Source: Dudresnaya verticillata (Eukaryota). From it: a stretch of DNA of 64,000 nucleotides. The notes beneath the pieces were generated by a model. That model ran no database searches. It was not told where the DNA came from and worked only from the letters and a program-made list of their open reading frames with translations. Below, one piece after another: positions 59,676-64,000 of this stretch (its first letter is position 1; the number at the start of each line of letters is the position of its first letter). The DNA is taken from contig OZ374557.1 in assembly GCA_977862235.1 (NCBI GenBank), forward strand, positions 1,302,001 through 1,366,000. Reading direction: 5' to 3'. Made by a program: the position numbers and the translations under genes.

Positions 59676-61223
59676 TCAATGCAAGTGCGACAGAAGGCCA
59701 TGCTCGACGATGTAATCCCTGAACGCGGTGGTCAAGGTGCCATCTGTATCAACGAAATCCCTTGTAGGTTGCCACTCAGCTTCATGCTGCGGTGTGCCTT
59801 TCAGCAGTGTGAGCCATTGGAAACCGCGCCCACGCTTGCGATGGGCGAGGATACGCTCGACCTCGAACAACAACGCACCGGAGTCATCAGGCACGGGTTC
59901 AGGGCGAGGTACTACTGGTTGACTGAAAGCGGGAGGCTGTGTCTTGTGCGGGAAGGTATGCGAAACGTGCACAACGGGATGTAACCTCATATTGGAAGGT
60001 AGATCCAAGCGAAGAGCGTTCTTCCCGACTAACTCCAGAATCTTGAATGGGCCGAAGCGCCTGCTACCCAACTTCTCTGATGAATGCGTCTTAGACACCG
60101 CATCCTTAAACAGTCCCCTGCTTATCCACACGCTGCCACCTACTTTATACGACGACGGCGAAAGCCTTTGCGCAACGTACGCTGCGTGCCGTGCCTTAGC
60201 CAATTGATGCGCAAATCGAGCATCCTGAAGCGCACTGTTCATACAAGCGTTAAATTGGGCGACGCTCTCAATTGTCGTGTTCACTGGCAACGACATGTCC
60301 AGGGGAGCGCGGGGATTCCAGCCAAGGTCCACCTCGAACGGTGTGGCTTGTAACTCTTCACTCTTTGCGGAGTTGTAGGCAAATTCCGCCGCTGGTAGAA
60401 ACGCGTCCCAATCATCCTGTCGCATGGAGCAATAGCAGCGTAGGTAGTTCTCAACCATTCGGTTCATGATTTCAGATGTCCCATCTGTCTGAGGATGATG
60501 CGTCGAAGACATTTGCAACTTGATCCCACAGCGGGACATGAGGTGCTCCCAAAACTTGGAAGTAAACTTTGAGTCTCGGTCAGAAACGATTGCGTCAGGT
60601 AGCCCATGGTGTTTGAACACGTTAGAGAAAAATTCATCGGCTACGTCCACGGCCGTGTCCGTCGTCCCGCTGGGGAGGAAGTGCACCCTTCGAGATAACC
60701 TATCTACCCACGTTGTGATGCTGTCAAACCCTTGCTTAGTGCGGGGAAGTTTGACGATGAAGTCGGTAGCAAGTGACCCCCATCTACGAGCAGGAACATC
60801 AAGAGGGGTAGGGACACCCAGCCTTCTCATGCGGCTGTCCTTCTTTTGCTGGCATGTCTGGCAGCCATCGACGTAACGCTTTACGTCGCGACTCTTGTGC
60901 CGCCAATGAAAGCGTTCCAAATGGCCTAAGGTCTTGGAGAAACCGAAGTGGCCGGAAGTAGAGGCGTCATGTGCGGCGTACAGCACCTCCCTGGCGTCGT
61001 TTCGAGGAACACAAATCTTGTTCTCATACAACAGTCTCCTATTTGCGAACGTAAAGAGCGTGAGCAGCCTTGCTACCCGATCTTCTTGGACCTTGTCCTT
61101 CGGTAATTCTCCCTTCAATCCTTGTACGATAGGGCCAAAGACTTGGTCCGTGTCGTACTCAAGCGTCGCTGGAAGGCCATCCATACTCGACGCAACTACA
61201 TTGTTGATCATAGTGTCCTGCAT
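59676..61223 (-). CDS. pol: Integrase plus chromodomain segment of pol
   Basis: H..GH..CQTC zinc finger, DFIVKLP, VSDRD, HPQTDG, GPF motif and FEVERILAHRKRGRGFQWL..AEWQP. Confidence 0.92.
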   Translation of the reverse strand: MQDTMINNVVASSMDGLPATLEYDTDQVFGPIVQGLKGELPKDKVQEDRVARLLTLFTFANRRLLYENKICVPRNDAREVLYAAHDASTSGHFGFSKTLGHLERFHWRHKSRDVKRYVDGCQTCQQKKDSRMRRLGVPTPLDVPARRWGSLATDFIVKLPRTKQGFDSITTWVDRLSRRVHFLPSGTTDTAVDVADEFFSNVFKHHGLPDAIVSDRDSKFTSKFWEHLMSRCGIKLQMSSTHHPQTDGTSEIMNRMVENYLRCYCSMRQDDWDAFLPAAEFAYNSAKSEELQATPFEVDLGWNPRAPLDMSLPVNTTIESVAQFNACMNSALQDARFAHQLAKARHAAYVAQRLSPSSYKVGGSVWISRGLFKDAVSKTHSSEKLGSRRFGPFKILELVGKNALRLDLPSNMRLHPVVHVSHTFPHKTQPPAFSQPVVPRPEPVPDDSGALLFEVERILAHRKRGRGFQWLTLLKGTPQHEAEWQPTRDFVDTDGTLTTAFRDYIVEHGLLSHLH

Positions 61224-63094
61224 GACATGCGGGCGCGGGAAAGCACGTCTCCAAGCACATGCACTCGTCCAGGCTTGAGTGTGATATTGCTAATCCCAAA
61301 TTGCGAGAACAGGTCCATCCAACGCGCCTCACGTCGATTGAGAGTGGTCTTTGTGAAAAAGGGCTTTAGAACCTGATTGTCCGTGAACACTTCAAAGGTC
61401 ATACCCTCCAGGTAGCAACGAAAGCGCTTGAGGAAGTACACGAGTCCCAAACGTTCGCGCTCATTTGCAGTGTACCTTTGTTCCGCATCGGACAACTTCT
61501 TGGAGAAGAACGCAACGGCTCTTTCGGCTCCATTACAATCTAATTGAGTTAGTGTCCCTCCAACGGCTCTCTGAGATGCGTCAATGTGACAACGGAACGG
61601 CTTGCCCCAGTCCGGGGATATCAGGATCGGGGCAGAGACCAACAGAGCTTTCAGTGTTGCCAAAGACTTGTCGCAATCGGTGTCCCATTTTCCGATCCCG
61701 ACGCCCTTCTTAGTCAGTGTCGTAAGCGGGGCAGCAATGCCTGAAAAGTTCTTGATGAAGCGCCTGAAGAACTGTAACAACCCAATGAAACTGCGTATTT
61801 CAGTAAGTGAGGTGGGCGTCGGCCAGTCACGGATAACTTGAACCTTCTCGGGATTGACCCTGATTCCATCCTTGCTCACCAACATCCCCAGGAACTCTGT
61901 CTCAGGTTGGAAGAAAGAGCACTTCTTCGGGGAGACATAAAGTTCTTCAGACTGCAAGCGAGACAGCACTGTTTCAAGGTGCTTCAAATTTTCCTCCTTC
62001 GTGCGACTGTAGATCAACAAATCATCCATATACACCACCATAAAAACGTCAATACATTCGTGGAACACCTGGTGCATAAGCGTTTGGAATGTAGCCGGAG
62101 CGTTGCACAGACCCATAGGCATGACGAGATATTCAAACTGTCCGTACTTAGTGTTGAAGGCGGTTTTCTCAATATCCTCCGGACGGACCCGTATCTGATG
62201 GAATCCCGTCTTGAGATCCAGCTTCGAGAAGTACTGTGCCCCTGCCAAACGGTCGAACATTTCATCCGGGCGTGGCAAGGGGGCGTTGTTTCGTTTTGTA
62301 AGGCGATTGAGAGCCCTGTAATCGACAACGGCCCTCAGTTTTTCCTTGTCCTTCACGAGAAATAAGGAAGCGCTGAAGGGAGATTTGCTCCTCCTGATTT
62401 TCCTCTTACGAAGTAGATCCACAACGTACTCCTTCACGGCGAGCAACTCGGCCGGAGATAGTTGGTACAACGGCCACAAAGGCGGTTTTGCGCCCTCTTC
62501 TATCTCTATTGAGTGGTCGACGGTCCGCTTTGGGGGAAGTCCCGACGGAAGAGACTCTTAGAAAAAGTCCTCAAAGCGTGACAAAAGATCATCTAGCTGG
62601 GGGTCGTGGGACGGCTTGCGTTCTTGCTTGGATGGTGTCTTCTGAGTCACCTGGAAAACCTGGAAGTCTTGCCGGTTCCCTTTCTTCCGTAGCATGGACC
62701 GAAACTTCTTTACCCCAAGCGAAGTGATAACTGGACCCTCTTCGCTGTCTTTCTCAATGGGTAAGTTGTCCTCATTAACGACAACCGAATGCTTGGTGTA
62801 GTCAATACGGGGTGCAGTTCGCTTATGCCACGGCATACCAAGTAGAACATCATACCGACAATCTGCCACAACGAAGTTGGAACGATACTTGTGGTTCCCT
62901 AACCTCAACTCTGCATCTGTCACGAGCTGTGTGGCCTTTTCTACATTACCTTTCTTAGTGTTGCAGCCATCATCCTTCAATATGCGGACGGGAATAGAGT
63001 TTAGGAGCCCCTGAAATACGATAAGCTCCGCAATCGGCACAGCCGATACTTCTGCAGACTTCCTTTGCCTGCGTTCCGTCTGCAGAGAGTGCAC
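61208..63094 (-). pseudogene. pol: Protease, RT and RNase H segment of pol
   Basis: ILKDDGCNT..DVLLGMPW; VDYRALN, LDLKTGFHQ, YMDD, IDAS and FTDN; frameshifts at the joins. Confidence 0.92.
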
Positions 63095-63144
63095 TCTTTT
63101 CTCAAGTCCTTCAGGAGTGTCTTTACTGTTCTGCGAAGGACTGA

Positions 63145-63975
63145 CTAGTTTTCCGAGTCACGACTGTGCTCCTCGGTATCTTCGAAAACTTCCTCTTCAT
63201 CGGCCTGGAAGTTATTGGCAGCAACTCCGTCGCCTTGGTGCTTCCACGGGCGGCAACCGACTTTATGGCAAGTGAAGCACGCGTTGTTGCGATAATATTT
63301 GAGTCGCTGACCCTCCAAGGCGCCACGTCCACGCCCACGTCCACGACCTCTGCCGCGTCCACGTGATTCCATGTTCCCAATCTACATGGGCGTGGGGCCT
63401 TGCGAGCTCGAATCGTCGCCTGAAGGCTGCATCTGAACGCCCCAGATTGCACTTTCCACGCGCAGTGCAATCTTTGCCGCATCCTCGAATGTGGTCACGC
63501 TTGACTTCATCACTTCCAGCCTAACATCATATTTCAGACCGGCACTGAACTTATCCCACATTTCCCCATCAGTCATACCCGGGACAGTGAGACAGACATT
63601 GCGAAAGTCTGAGAGGTGCTTGGAGACTGACGTTGTCTGCTTTAGCTTCCTAAGCTTGTTCCTGGCGCGACGGACGTGATCATCACGCACGAACTCCGCA
63701 ATTACCTTCGCCTTGAACTCGGCCCATGTAGCTGGGACGGTGTTTGCCTGAACGAGAGTGTACCACCAAACAGCAGCGGTACCAGTGAGGAAGGGAGAAG
63801 CGTAGAGAATCCTATTCCCATCGCCAAGCTGTACTGCTGGGTTACTCAGCTGCACAAGACCAAGATACTGCTCGACCTTGTAGATCCAGGTATTGACCAC
63901 GAGATAATCCCGACGGCCATCGTAGGGTTCGGGCTTGTTGGGCTTCAGATTGATCGGACCTTGAGCTGCAGCCAT
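63145..63975 (-). pseudogene. gag: gag of the third Gypsy family
   Basis: KPEPYDG..W..LTGTAAVWW..TWAEFK..LKQTTSV capsid pattern; RG repeats; CFTCHKVGCRPWKH; ends GGAAAACTAG; frameshift near 63380. Confidence 0.88.
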
Positions 63976-64000
63976 TGCGGGGGAGTTATCAGTGAGATCG

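Larger units (their letters stand above)
59070..64000 (-). mobile_element. Chromovirus-type Ty3/Gypsy element, third family (continues beyond the window)
   Basis: gag-PR-RT-RNase H-INT-chromodomain, then PPT and LTR. Confidence 0.95.

Overview
Eukaryotic, transposon-dense 64 kb window, probably from a red seaweed. That is an inference from a nuclear sigma-70 gene with a plastid transit-peptide-like leader and from the element families. Almost all of it is nested mobile DNA. It holds two copies of a chromodomain Ty3/Gypsy family (6642-20528 and 42751-54165) and the 3' part of a related element on the minus strand (1268-4836). It also holds a third chromovirus (59070->64000), three solo LTRs, and a TSD-bounded Ty1/Copia element (22755-33293) containing a tyrosine-recombinase (DIRS-order) retroelement. 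A second DIRS-like relic, a Copia relic, a Mutator-like element carrying a J-domain ORF and two DDE_Tnp_4-type transposase relics complete the set. The only host-like gene is a frameshifted sigma factor (34188-35308). Most notable: both the Gypsy and the Copia elements carry conserved antisense accessory ORFs of unknown function in their 3' regions, each seen in divergent copies within the window. All homology statements come from manual reading; no searches were run.
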